Of a DNA stretch of 64,000 bases, positions 49,829 through 64,000 are shown piece after piece. The stretch is from Squalus acanthias (lineage: Eukaryota). The stretch is from positions 59,088,001 to 59,152,000 of the forward strand of contig CM059438.1 of NCBI GenBank assembly GCA_030390025.1, written 5' to 3'. The position numbers and the translations under genes are program-made. The notes beneath the pieces are model-generated. The model was not told the DNA's origin and made no database searches. It saw only the letters and a program-made list of their open reading frames with translations. The first letter of the stretch is position 1. Every line of letters starts with the position of its first letter.

Positions 49829-50120
49829 CTTTAAGTGAAGTGTTGTTCAGCGGTGAGGAGCGAAGCAGGCAGTGAAATCAGCAATGGCGGGGCCCTCTCT
49901 TTGACATGCTCTGAGCCAAGGATTAGATCCCTGCTCCCTGACCTGCGTAGAGTGAGAGCACTGTCGACGTTATCGCTGGGATCCAGGAACAGGAACCCAC
50001 TCCCTGCTTCACAGCCATTCCAAACATTGGCTCTTTATTTACACAACGAGTGAATCACAGCGAGGAGTCAGTAAAACATGCTGAGAAGAGAATGATCGGC
50101 AGTTTGAAAAATGGCTCACT

Positions 50121-50395
50121 CCCCCCACAGTACTGTCACTGTCCCCCCACAGTACTGTCACTGTCCCCCCCACAGTACTGTCACTGTCCCCCCCACAGTA
50201 CTGTCACTGTCCCCCCACAGTACTGTCACTCCCCCCCACAGTACTGTCACTCCCCCCCACAGTACTGTCACTGTCCCCCCCACAGTACTGTCACTGTCCC
50301 CCCCACAGTACTGTCACTGTCCCCCCCACAGTACTGTCACTCCCCCCCCACAGTACTGTCACTGTCCCCCCCACAGTACTGTCACTGTCCCCCCC
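50121..50395. repeat. About 22-bp tandem repeat (C)n-ACAGTACTGT-CACTGT running into the gap
   Basis: About 12 units seen directly. Confidence 0.95.
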
Positions 50396-50895
50396 NNNNN
50401 NNNNNNNNNNNNNNNNNNNNNNNNNNNNNNNNNNNNNNNNNNNNNNNNNNNNNNNNNNNNNNNNNNNNNNNNNNNNNNNNNNNNNNNNNNNNNNNNNNNN
50501 NNNNNNNNNNNNNNNNNNNNNNNNNNNNNNNNNNNNNNNNNNNNNNNNNNNNNNNNNNNNNNNNNNNNNNNNNNNNNNNNNNNNNNNNNNNNNNNNNNNN
50601 NNNNNNNNNNNNNNNNNNNNNNNNNNNNNNNNNNNNNNNNNNNNNNNNNNNNNNNNNNNNNNNNNNNNNNNNNNNNNNNNNNNNNNNNNNNNNNNNNNNN
50701 NNNNNNNNNNNNNNNNNNNNNNNNNNNNNNNNNNNNNNNNNNNNNNNNNNNNNNNNNNNNNNNNNNNNNNNNNNNNNNNNNNNNNNNNNNNNNNNNNNNN
50801 NNNNNNNNNNNNNNNNNNNNNNNNNNNNNNNNNNNNNNNNNNNNNNNNNNNNNNNNNNNNNNNNNNNNNNNNNNNNNNNNNNNNNNNNNNNNNNN
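50396..50895. other. Assembly gap (500 N)
   Basis: N run of round length. Confidence 0.99.
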
Positions 50896-53800
50896 TCATC
50901 AATAAACCAGGACGTATCCTCAATAAACCAGACAGGATCATCAATAAACCAGGACCGTATCAGCAATAAACCAGGACCGGATCATCAATGATCCAGAACC
51001 GTATCATCAATAAACCAGGACCGGATCATCAATAAACCAAGGGCCGTACCATCAATAAAAACCAGGAGCCGTTCATCAATAAACCAGCACCGTATCATCA
51101 ATAACCAGGACCCTTTATCAACAAACAGGACAGTATCATCAATAAAAAAGGACCGTATCATCAATAACCAGCACCGTATCATCAATAAACCAGACCGTAT
51201 CATCAATCATCCAGGACCCTATCATCAATAAACCAGGACCGTATCATCAATAAAAAAAGGACCGTATCAATAAAACAGGACCATATCATCAATAAACCAG
51301 GACCGGATCAATAAAACAGGACCATATCATCAATAAACCAGGACCGTATCATCAAAAACCAGGACCGGATCATCAATAAACCAGGACCGTATCATCAATA
51401 AACCAGGATCAGAGCATAAATAAACCAGGACCGGATCATCAATAAACAAGGACGTATCATAAATAAACCAGGACCGGATCATCAATAAACCAGGATCGGA
51501 TCATCAATAATCCAGGATGGTATCATCAATAAACCAGGACCGTATCATCAATAAACCAGGACCGTATCATCAATAAACCAGGACTGTATCATCAATAAAC
51601 CAGGACCGTATCATCAATAAACCAGGACCGTATCATCAATAAACCAGGACGTATCATCAATAAACCAGGACCGTATCATCAATAAACCAGGACCGTATCA
51701 TCAATAAACCAGGACCGTATCATCAATAAACCAGGACCGGGGATCATCATAACCAGGACCGGATCATCAATAATACCAGGACCGGATCATCAAAAAACCG
51801 GAGGACCGTATCATCAATAAATCAGCACCGTTATCATCAATAAACCAGGATCCGTATCTTCAATAAACCAGGACCTGGATCATCAATAACCAGGACCGGG
51901 ATCATCAATAAACCGAGGACGCGATCATCAAATAAACCAGGACCTGGATCATCAATAAACCAGGATGGTTTCATCAATAAAACAGGACCGTATCAGTCTA
52001 TTAAACTCAGCACCGTAGTATCATCAATAAACCATGGACCCGATCATCAATAAACCAGAGACGTCTCATCAATAAAAAAAAGGGGGGACCGTATCATCAA
52101 TAAACCAGGACCGTATCATCAATAAACCAGGACTGGATCAATAAAACAGGACAGTATCATCAATAAACCAGGACCGTATCATCAAAAACCAGGACCGGAT
52201 CATCAATAAACCAGGACCGTTTCACCAATAAACTAGGACCGTATCATCAATAAACCAGCACCGTATCATCAATAAACCAGGACCGTATCATCAATAAACC
52301 AGGACCGGATCATCAATAAACCAGGACCGTATCATCAATAAACCAGGATCGGAGCATAAATAAACCAGGACCGGATCATCAATAAACAAGGACGGTATCA
52401 TAAATAAACCAGGACCGGATCATCAATAAACCAGGATCGGATCATCAATAATCCAGGATGTTATCATCAATAAACCAGGACCGTATCATCAATAAACCAG
52501 GACCGTATCATCAATAAACCAGGACCGTATCATCAATAAACCAGGATCGGAGCATAAATAAACCAGGACCGGATCATCAATAAACAAGGACGGTATCATA
52601 AATAAACCAGGACCGGATCATCAATAAACCAGGATCGGATCATCAATAATCCAGGATGGTATCATCAATAAACCAGGACCATATCATCAATAAACCAGGA
52701 CCGTATCATCAATAAACCAGGACTGTATCATCAATAAACCAGGACTGTATCATCAATAAACCAGAACCGTATCATCAATAAACCAGGACCATATCATCAA
52801 TAAACCAGGACCGTATCATCAATAAACCAGGACCGTATCATCAATAAACCAGGACAGTATCATCAATAAACCAGGACTGTATCATCAATAAACCAGAACT
52901 GTATCATCAATAAACCAGGACCGTATCATCAATAAACCAGGACCGTATCATCAATAAACCAGCACCGTATCATCAATAAACCAGGACCATATCATCAATA
53001 AACCAGGACTGTATCATCAATAAACCAGAACTGTATCATCAATAAACCAGGACCGGATCCTCAATAAACCAGGATCGGATCATCAATAAACCAGGACCGG
53101 ATCATCAATAAACAAGGACGGTATCATCAATAAACCAGCACCGGATCATCAATAAACCAGGAACGTATCATCAATAAACCAGGATGGTATCATCAATAAA
53201 CCAGGACCGTATCATCAATAAACCAGGACCGGATCATCAATAAACCAGGATGGTATCATCAATAAACCAGGACCGGATCAATAAAACTGGACTGTATCAT
53301 CAATAAACCATCACCATATCATTAATAAACCAGGATCGTATCATCAATAAACCAGCACCGTATCATCAATAAACCAGGATGGTATCATCAATAAACCAGG
53401 ACCGGATCATCAATAAACCAGGACCGTATCATCAATAAACCAGGAACGGATCATCAATAAACCAGGATGGTATCATCAATAAAACAGGACCGTATCATCA
53501 ATAAACGAGCATCGTATCATCAATAAACTAGGACCGGATCATCAATAAACCAGGATAGGATCATCAATAAACCAGGACCGGATCATCAATAAACCAGGAC
53601 CGTATCATCAATAAAAAAAGGACCGCATCATCAATAAACCAGCACCGTATCATCAATAAACCAGGACCAGATCACCAATAAACCAAGATAGGATCATCAA
53701 TAAAGCAGGATGGTATCATCAATAAACCAGGACCGTATCATCAATAAACCAGGACCGGATCATCAATAACCAGGACCGGATCATCAATAAACCAGGACCG

Positions 53801-54501
53801 GATCATCAATAAACCAGGACCGGATCATCAATAAACCAGGATGGTATCATCAATAAACCAGGACCGTATCATCAATAAATCAGCACCATATCATCAATAA
53901 ACCAGCACCGTATCATCAATCATCCAGGACCGGATCATCAATAAACCAGGACTGTATCATCAATAAAAAAAGTACCGTATCATCAATAAACCAGGACCGT
54001 ATCATCAATAAACCATGACTGGATCAATAAACCAGGACTGTATCATCAATAAACCAGGATCGGATCATCAATAATCCAGGATGGTATCATCATCATCAAT
54101 AAACCAGGACTGTATCATCAATAAACCAGGACTGTATCATCAATAAACCAGAACCGTATATCAATAAACCAGGACCGTATCATCAATAAACCAGGACTGT
54201 ATCATCAATAAACCAGGACCGTATCATCAATAAACCAGGACCGTATCATCCATAAACCAGGACCGTATCATCAATAAACCAGGACCGTATCATCAATAAA
54301 CCAGCACCGTATCATCAATAAACCAGGACCGTATCATCAATAAACAAGGACGGTATCATCAATAAACCAGGACCGTATCATCAATAAACCAGGACCGGAT
54401 CATCAATAAACCAGGACCGGATCATCAATAAACCAGGACCGTATCATCAATAAACCAGGATCGGAGCATAAATAAACCAGGACCGGATCATCAATAAACA
54501 A

Positions 54502-55760
54502 CAGAAAACGCTGGAAAAACTCAGCAGGCCAGGCAGCATCCGTGGAGAGAGAAAGAGAGTTGACGTTTCAGGTCGATGACCTTTCATCAGAACTGGGAAG
54601 AGCTGGAAATCAAATAGATTTAAGGCCAGGGTAAAGCTGGGAAAAGGGGGAGGGGATAAAGGAACAAAAGAGGAGATGAAGAGACATTAAGAGACATTAA
54701 GAGATATGCAAGGCTAGAGGTGGTGTTAATGTGACAGATTAAGGCTGAATGAAGTGTGAAATCTACTGGCAGAATGAAGGACAGCTGCCAGCTTCTAGGA
54801 GGAAAAAAAAGGTGGGGGGGACAAATAAAAGGGTGGATAAAATAAAATATAAATGTGATTGGAGCTGAGGTTATGATCTAAAATTGTTGAACTCGATATT
54901 GAGTCCAGAGGGCTGTAGCGTGCCTAAACGAAAGATGAGGTGCTGTTCCTCGAGCTTACGCTGAGCTTCCGTGGAACAGTGTATTAGGCCGAGGACGGTG
55001 AGGTCAGAGTGGGAGTGAAGCGGTGAATTAAAGTGACAGGCCACCGGGAGCTCGGGGTCCCCCTTACGGACTGAACGGAGGTGTTCCGCAAAGCGGTCAC
55101 CCAATCTGCGTTTGGTCTCCCCAATGTAGAGGAGTCCACATCGTGAGCAGCGAATACAGTATACTAAATTGCAGGAAGTACAAGTAAATCGCTGTTTCAC
55201 CTGGAAGGGGTGTTTGGGGCTCTGGACAGTGGGAAGAGGGGAGGTATAAGGGCATGTGTTGCATCTCCTGCGCGTGCACGGAAAGGTGCCGGGCGAAGGG
55301 GAAGGGGTGCTGGGGGTGGTAGAGGAGTGGACTAGGGTGTCGCGGAGGGAGCGGTCCCTGCGGAATGCTGAAAGGGGAGGTGAGGGGAAGATGTGTTTGG
55401 TGGTGGGATCACGCTGGAGGTGGCGGAAATGGCGGAGGATGATCCGTTGAATGTGGAGGCTGGTGGGGTGAAAGGTGAGGACAAGGGGAACCCTATCGTG
55501 GTTCCGGGAGGGAGGGGCAGGGGTGAGGGCAGATGTGCGGGAGATAGAACGGACACGGTCGAGGGCCGTGTCGACCACGGTAGAGGGGAATCCTCGGTTG
55601 AGGAAAAAGGAAGACATGTCGGAAGCACTGGTATGGAAGGTGGCATCATCAGAGCAGATGCGGCGGAGACGGAGAAACTGGGAGAATGGAATAGAGTCCT
55701 TACAGGAGGCGGGGTGGGAGGAAGTGTAGTCCAGGTAGCTGTGGGAGTCGGTGGGCTTGT
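54502..55760 (-). mobile_element. 5'-truncated Penelope-like element (Neptune-like: RT C-terminus, Cys linker, GIY-YIG endonuclease)
   Basis: Open frame 55760-54871: YKPTDSHSYL, QFLRLRRICS, CTRRRCNTC, LVYCIRCSRCGLLYIGET, VACHF, GLNIE; 9-bp TSD aataaacaa at 54493-54501 and 55761-55769. Confidence 0.95.
54558..54594 (-). ncRNA. Minimal type I hammerhead ribozyme in the Penelope 3' repeat
   Basis: Minus strand agtt-CTGATGA-a-AGGTC atc GACCT-GAAA-cg-TC-aact. Confidence 0.88.
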
Positions 55761-58700
55761 AATAAACAAGGACGGTATCATAAATAAACCTGGACTGGAT
55801 CATCAATAAACCAGGATCGGATCATCAATAATCCAGGATGGTATCATCAATAAACCAGGACCGTATCATCAATAAACCAGGACCGTATCATCAATAAACC
55901 AGGACTGTATCATCAATAAACCAGGACTGTATCATCAATAAACCAGAACCGTATCATCAATAAACCAGGACCGTATCATCAATAAACCAGAACCGTATCA
56001 TCAATAAACCAGGACGGTATCATCAATAAACCAGCACCGGATCATCAATAAACCAGGATCGGATCATCAATAAACCAGGATGGTATCATCAATAAACCAG
56101 GACCGTATCATCAATAAACCAGGAACGGATCATCAATAAACCAGGACCGGATTATCAATAAACCCGGAACGGATCATCAATAAACCAGGACTGTATCATC
56201 AATAAACCAAGACCGTATCATCAATAAACCAGGACCGGATCATCAATAAACTAGGACCGTATCATCAATAAACCAGCACCGTATCATCAATAAACCAGCA
56301 CCGTATCATCAATAAACAAGGACGGTATCATCAATAAACCAGGATCGGATCATCAATAAACCAGCACCGGATCATCAATAAACCAGGATCGGATCATCAA
56401 TAAACCAGGATGGTATCATCAATAAACCAGGACCGTATCATCAATAAACCAGGATCGTATCATCAATAAACCAGCACCGTATCATCAATAAACCAGGCCT
56501 GTATCATCAATAAACAAGGACGGTATCATCAATAAACCAGCACCGGATCATCACTAAACCAGGAACGGATCATCAATAAACCAGGACCGGATTATCAATA
56601 AACCCGGAACGGATCATCAATAAACCAGGACTGTATCATCAATAAACCAAGACCGTATCATCAATAAACCAGGACCGTATCATCAATAAACCAGGACTGT
56701 ATCATCAATAAACCAGGACTGTATCATCAATAAACCAGAACCGTATCATCAATAAACCAGGACCGTATCATCAATAAACCAGAACCGTATCATCAATAAA
56801 CCAGGACGGTATCATCAATAAACCAGCACCGGATCATCAATAAACCAGGATCGGATCATCAATAAACCAGGATCGGATCATCAATAATCCAGGATGGTAT
56901 CATCAATAAACCAGGACCATATCATCAATAAACCAGGAACGTATCATCAATAAACCAGGACTGTATCATCAATAAACCAGGACCGTATCATCAATAAACC
57001 AGGACCGTATCATCAATAAACCAGGACAGTATCATCAATAAACCAGGACTGTATCATCAATAAACCAGAACTGTATCATCAATAAACCAGGACCGTATCA
57101 TCAATAAACCAGGACCGTATCATCAATAAACCAGCACCGTATCATCAATAAACCAGGACCGTATCATCAATAAACCAGGACTGTATCATCAATAAACCAG
57201 AACTGTATCATCAATAAACCAGGACCGGATCCTCAATAAACCAGGATCGGATCATCAATAAACCAGGACCGGATCATCAATAAACAAGGACGGTATCATC
57301 AATAAACCAGCACCGGATCATCAATAAACCAGGAACGTATCATCAATAAACCAGGATGGTATCATCAATAAACCAGGACCGTATCATCAATAAACCAGGA
57401 CCGGATCATCAATAAACCAGGATGGTATCATCAATAAACCAGGACCGGATCAATAAAACTGGACCGTATCATCAATAAACCATCACCATATCATTAATAA
57501 ACCAGGATCGTATCATCAATAAACCAGCACCGTATCATCAATAAACCAGGATGGTATCATCAATAAACCAGGACCGGATCATCAATAAACCAGGACCGTA
57601 TCATCAATAAACCAGGAACGGATCATCAATAAACCAGGATGGTATCATCAATAAAACAGGACCGTATCATCAATAAACGAGCATCGTATCATCAATAAAC
57701 TAGGACCGGATCATCAATAAACCAGGATAGGATCATCAATAAACCAGGACCGGATCATCAATAAACCAGGACCGTATCATCAATAAAAAAAGGACCGCAT
57801 CATCAATAAACCAGCACCGTATCATCAATAAACCAGGACCAGATCACCAATAAACCAAGATAGGATCATCAATAAAGCAGGATGGTATCATCAATAAACC
57901 AGGACCGTATCATCAATAAACCAGGACCGGATCATCAATAACCAGGACCGGATCATCAATAAACCAGGACCGGATCATCAATAAACCAGGATGGTATCAT
58001 CAATAAACCAGGACCGTATCATCAATAAATCAGCACCATATCATCAATAAACCAGCACCGTATCATCAATCATCCAGGACCCTATCATCAATAAACCAGG
58101 ACTGTATCATCAATAAAAAAAGTACCGTATCATCAATAAACCAGGACCGTATCATCAATAAACCATGACTGGATCAATAAACCAGGACTGTATCATCAAT
58201 AAACCAGGATCGGATCATCAATAATCCAGGATGGTATCATCATCATCAATAAACCAGGACTGTATCATCAATAAACCAGGACCGTATCATCAATAAACCA
58301 GAACCGTATATCAATAAACCAGGACCGTATCATCAATAAACCAGAACCGTATCATCAATAAACCAGGATCGGAGCATAAATAAACCAGGACCGGATCATC
58401 AATAAACAAGGACGGTATCATAAATAAACCTGGACTGGATCATCAATAAACCAGGATCGGATCATCAATAATCCAGGATGGTATCATCAATAAACCAGGA
58501 CCGTATCATCAATAAACCAGGACCGTATCATCAATAAACCAGGACTGTATCATCAATAAACCAGGACTGTATCATCAATAAACCAGAACCGTATCATCAA
58601 TAAACCAGGACCGTATCATCAATAAACCAGAACCGTATCATCAATAAACCAGGACTGTATCATCAATAAACCAGCACCGGATCATCAATAAACCAGGATC

Positions 58701-61700
58701 GGATCATCAATAAACCAGGATGGTATCATCAATAAACCAGGACCGTATCATCAATAAACCAGGAACGGATCATCAATAAACCAGGACCGGATTATCAATA
58801 AACCCGGAACGGATCATCAATAAACCAGGACTGTATCATCAATAAACCAAGACCGTATCATCAATAAACCAGGACCGGATCATCAATAAACTAGGACCGT
58901 ATCATCAATAAACCAGCACCGTATCATCAATAAACCAGCACCGTATCATCAATAAACAAGGACGGTATCATCAATAAACCAGGATCGGATCATCAATAAA
59001 CCAGCACCGGATCATCAATAAACCAGGATCGGATCATCAATAAACCAGGATGGTATCATCAATAAACCAGGACCGTATCATCAATAAACCAGGACCGTAT
59101 CATCAATAAACCAGCACCGTATCATCAATAAACCAGGCCTGTATCATCAATAAACAAGGACGGTATCATCAATAAACCAGCACCGGATCATCAATAAACC
59201 AGGATCGGATCATCAATAAACCAGGATGGTATCATCAATAAACCAGGACCGTATCATCACTAAACCAGGAACGGATCATCAATAAACCAGGACCGGATTA
59301 TCAATAAACCCGGAACGGATCATCCATAAACCAGGACTGTATCATCAATAAACCAAGACCGTATCATCAATAAACCAGGACCATATCATCAATAAACCAG
59401 GACTGTATCATCAATAACCCAGGACTGTATCATCAATAAACCAGAACCGTATCATCAATAAACCAGGACCGTATCATCAATAAACCAGAACCGTATCATC
59501 AATAAACCAGGACGGTATCATCAATAAACCAGCACCGGATCATCAATAAACCAGGATCGGATCATCAATAAACCAGGATGGTATCATCAATAAACCAGGA
59601 CCGTATCATCAATAAACCAGGAACGGATCATCAATAAACCAGGACCGGATTATCAATAAACCCGGAACGGATCATCATTAAACCAGGACTGTATCATCAA
59701 TAAACCAAGACCGTATTATCAATAAACCAGGACCGGATCATCAATAAACTAGGACCGTATCATCAATAAACCAGCACCGTATCATCAATAAACCAGGACC
59801 GTATCATCAATAAACAAGGACGGTATCATCAATAAACCAGGATCGGATCATCAATAAACCAGCACCGGATCATCAATAAACCAGGATCGGATCATCAATA
59901 AACCAGGATGGTATCATCAATAAACCAGGACCATATCATCAATAAACCAGGACCGTATCATCAATAAACCAGCACCGTATCATCAATAAACCAGGCCTGT
60001 ATCATCAATAAACAAGGACGGTATCATCAATAAACCAGCACCGGATCATCACTAAACCAGGAACGGATCATCAATAAACCAGGACCGGATTATCAATAAA
60101 CCCGGAATGGATCATCAATAAACCAGGACTGTATCATCAATAAACCAAGACCGTATCATCAATAAACCAGGACCGGATCATCAATAAACTAGGACCGTAT
60201 CATCAATAAACCAGGACCGGATCATCAATAAACCAGGACCGTATCATCAATAAACCAGGATCGGAGCATAAATAAACCAGGACCGGATCATCAATAAACA
60301 AGGACGGTATCATAAATAAACCTGGACTGGATCATCAATAAACCAGGATCGGATCATCAATAATCCAGGATGGTATCCTCAATAAACCAGGACCGTATCA
60401 TCAATAAACCAGGACCGTATCATCAATAAACCAGGACTGTATCATCAATAAACCAGGACTGTATCATCAATAAACCAGAACCGTATCATCAATAAACCAG
60501 GACCGTATCATCAATAAACCAGAACCGTATCATCAATAAACCAGGACGGTATCATCAATAAACCAGCACCGGATCATCAATAAACCAGGATCGGATCATC
60601 AATAAACCAGGATGGTATCATCAATAAACCAGGACCGTATCATCAATAAACCAGGAACGGATCATCAATAAACCAGGACCGGATTATCAATAAACCCGGA
60701 ACGGATCATCAATAAACCAGGACTGTATCATCAATAAACCAAGACCGTATCATCAATAAACCAGGACCGGATCATCAATAAACTAGGACCGTATCATCAA
60801 TAAACCAGCACTTATCATCAATAAACCAGGATCGGATCATCAATAAACCAGGATGGTATCATCAATAAACCAGGACGGTATCATCAATAAACCAGGACCG
60901 TATCATCAATAAACCAGCACCGTATCATCAATAAACCAGGCCTGTATCATCAATAAACAAGGACGGTATCATCAATAAACCAGCACCGGATCATCAATAA
61001 ACCAGGATCGGATCATCAATAAACCAGGATGGTATCATCAATAAACCAGGACCGTATCATCACTAAACCAGGAACGGATCATCAATAAACCAGGACCGGA
61101 TTATCAATAAACCCGGAACGGATCATCAATAAACCAGGACTGTATCATCAATAAACCAAGACCGTATCATCAATAAACCAGGACCGGATCATCAATAAAC
61201 CAGGACCGTATCATCAATAAACCAGCTCCGGATCATCAATAAACCAGGTCCGGATCATCAATAAACCAGGATCGCAACATCAATAAACCAGGACCGGATT
61301 ATCAATAAACCAGGACCGTTTCACCAATAAACTAGGACCGTATCATCAATAAACCAGTACCGGGTCATCAATAAACCAGCACCGTATCATCAATAAACCA
61401 GGACCGGATCATCAATAAACCAGGATAGGATCATCAATAAACCAGGATGGTATCATCAATAAACCAGGACCGTATAATCAATAAACCAGGACCGGATCAT
61501 CAATAAACCAGGATCGGATCATCAATAAACCAGGATGGTATCATCAATAAACCAGAACCCTATCATCAATAAACCAGGAACGGATCATCAATAAACCAGG
61601 ACCGGATTATCATTAAACCAGGAACGGATCATCAATAATCCAGGATGGTATCATTAATAAACCAGGACCGGATCATCAATAAACCAGGACTGTATCCTCA

Positions 61701-64000
61701 ATTAACCAGGACAGGATCATCAACAAACCAGGACCGTATCATCAATAAACCAGGACCGGATCATCAATGAACCAGAACCGTATCATCAATAAAACGGGAC
61801 CGGATCATCAATAAACCAGGACCGTATCATCAATAAACCAGGACCGGATCATCAATAAACCAGGACCGTATCATCAATAAACCAGGATCGGAGCATAAAT
61901 AAACCAGGACCGGATCATCAATAAACAAGGACGGTATCATAAATAAACCTGGACTGGATCATCAATAAACCAGGATCGGATCATCAATAATCCAGGATGG
62001 TATCCTCAATAAACCAGGACCGTATCATCAATAAACCAGGACCGTATCATCAATAAACCAGGACTGTATCATCAATAAACCAGGACTGTATCATCAATAA
62101 ACCAGAACCGTATCATCAATAAACCAGGACCGTATCATCAATAAACCAGAACCGTATCATCAATAAACCAGGACGGTATCATCAATAAACCAGCACCGGA
62201 TCATCAATAAACCAGGATCGGATCATCAATAAACCAGGATGGTATCATCAATAAACCAGGACCGTATCATCAATAAACCAGGAACGGATCATCAATAAAC
62301 CAGGACCGGATTATCAATAAACCCGGAACGGATCATCAATAAACCAGGACTGTATCATCAATAAACCAGGACCGTATCATCAATAAACCAGGACCGGATC
62401 ATCAATAAACTAGGACCGTATCATCAATAAACCAGCACTTATCATCAATAAACCAGGATCGGATCATCAATAAACCAGGATGGTATCATCAATAAACCAG
62501 GACGGTATCATCAATAAACCAGGACCGTATCATCAATAAACCAGCACCGTATCATCAATAAACCAGGCCTGTATCATCAATAAACAAGGACGGTATCATC
62601 AATAAACCAGCACCGGATCATCAATAAACCAGGATCGGATCATCAATAAACCAGGATGGTATCATCAATAAACCAGGACCGTATCATCACTAAACCAGGA
62701 ACGGATCATCAATAAACCAGGACCGGATTATCAATAAACCCGGAACGGATCATCAATAAACCAAGACCGTATCATCAATAAACCAGGACCGGATCATCAA
62801 TAAACTAGGACCGTATCATCAATAAACCAGCTCCGGATCATCAATAAACCAGGTCCGGATCATCAATAAACCAGGATCGCAACATCAGTAAACCAGGACC
62901 GGATTATCAATAAACCAGGACCGTTTCACCAATAAACTAGGACCGTATCATCAATAAACCAGTACCGGGTCATCAATAAACCAGCACCGTATCATCAATA
63001 AACCAGGACCGGATCATCAATAAACCAGGATAGGATCATCAATAAACCAGGATGGTATCATCAATAAACCAAGACTGTATAATCAATAAACCAGGACCGG
63101 ATCATCAATAAACCAGGATCGGATCATCAATAAACCAGGATGGTATCATCAATAAACCAGAACCCTATCATCAATAAACCAGGAACGGATCATCAATAAA
63201 CCAGGACCGGATTATCATTAAACCAGGAACGGATCATCAATAATCCAGGATGGTATCATTAATAAACCAGGACCGGATCATCAATAAACCAGGACTGTAT
63301 CCTCAATTAACCAGGACAGGATCATCAACAAACCAGGACCGTATCATCAATAAACCAGGACCGGATCATCAATGAACCAGAACCGTATCATCAATAAAAC
63401 GGGACCGGATCATCAATAAACCAGGACCGTATCATCAATAAACCAGGACCGGATCATCAATAAAAAAAGGACCGGATCATCAATAAACCAGCACCGTATC
63501 ATCAATAAACCAACACCGTATCATCAATCATCCAGGACCCTATCATCAATAAACCAGGAACGTATCATCAATAAAAAAAGGACCGTATCAATAAAACAGG
63601 ACCATATCATCAATAAACCAGGACCGGATCAATAAAACAGGACCATATCATCAATAAACCAGGACCGTATCATCAAAAACCAGGACCGGATCATCAATAA
63701 ACAAGACCGTTTCAGCAATAAACTAGGACCGTATCATCAATAAACCAAGATCGTATCATCAATAAACCAGCACCATATCATCAATAAACCAGGACCGGAT
63801 CATCAATAAACCAGGACCGGATCATCAATAAACCAGCTCCGGATCATCAATAAACCAGGACCGGATCATCAATAAACCAGGATCGGATCATCGATAAACC
63901 AGGATACGATCATCAATAAACCAGGATGGTATCATCAATAAACCAGCACCGGATCATCAATAAACCAGGACCGTATCATCAATAAACCAGCTCCGGAACA

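Larger units (their letters stand above)
50896..64000. repeat. 22-bp satellite ATCATCAATAAACCAGGACCG(T/G) with higher-order repeats
   Basis: Continuous array apart from 54502-55760; variant monomers recur in the same order. Confidence 0.99.

Noticed and set aside
50050..51206. ORFs spanning the N run and satellites
   Set aside because: Artefacts of the gap and of repeat translation
51740..52100. Highly irregular satellite monomers
   Set aside because: Dense single-base indels near a contig end look like unpolished long-read error

Overview
Eukaryotic, almost entirely repeat-derived DNA. The SINE content (HE1/V-SINE and SacSINE1/DeuSINE types) points to a cartilaginous fish, most likely a shark. 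There is no prokaryotic system, no CRISPR array and no confidently identifiable host gene; one 99-bp candidate exon is noted. Bases 1-50 kb are deeply nested transposons, most resolvable by terminal repeats and target-site duplications (TSDs): many CR1 LINEs (two near full length), an L2, a short-LTR Mag-type Gypsy element, four solo LTRs, a structurally complete two-gene PIF/Harbinger transposon (40971-45184), decayed Harbingers, two Harbinger-type MITE families and a hAT MITE. A C-rich satellite occupies 22.6-26.2 kb. After a 500-N gap, a 22-bp satellite with higher-order structure fills 50.9-64 kb and carries a Penelope-like insertion. The most unusual items are: an ORF1-only Tx1/L1-like retroelement inserted in the tRNA-derived head of a SINE; a 91-bp TSD-flanked insertion that is little more than a hammerhead ribozyme; a MITE family with a covarying hairpin and three conserved 5' splice-site motifs; and a solo-LTR family with an invariant B-box palindrome. 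All calls were made by eye. Family names come from motif recognition, not database searches.
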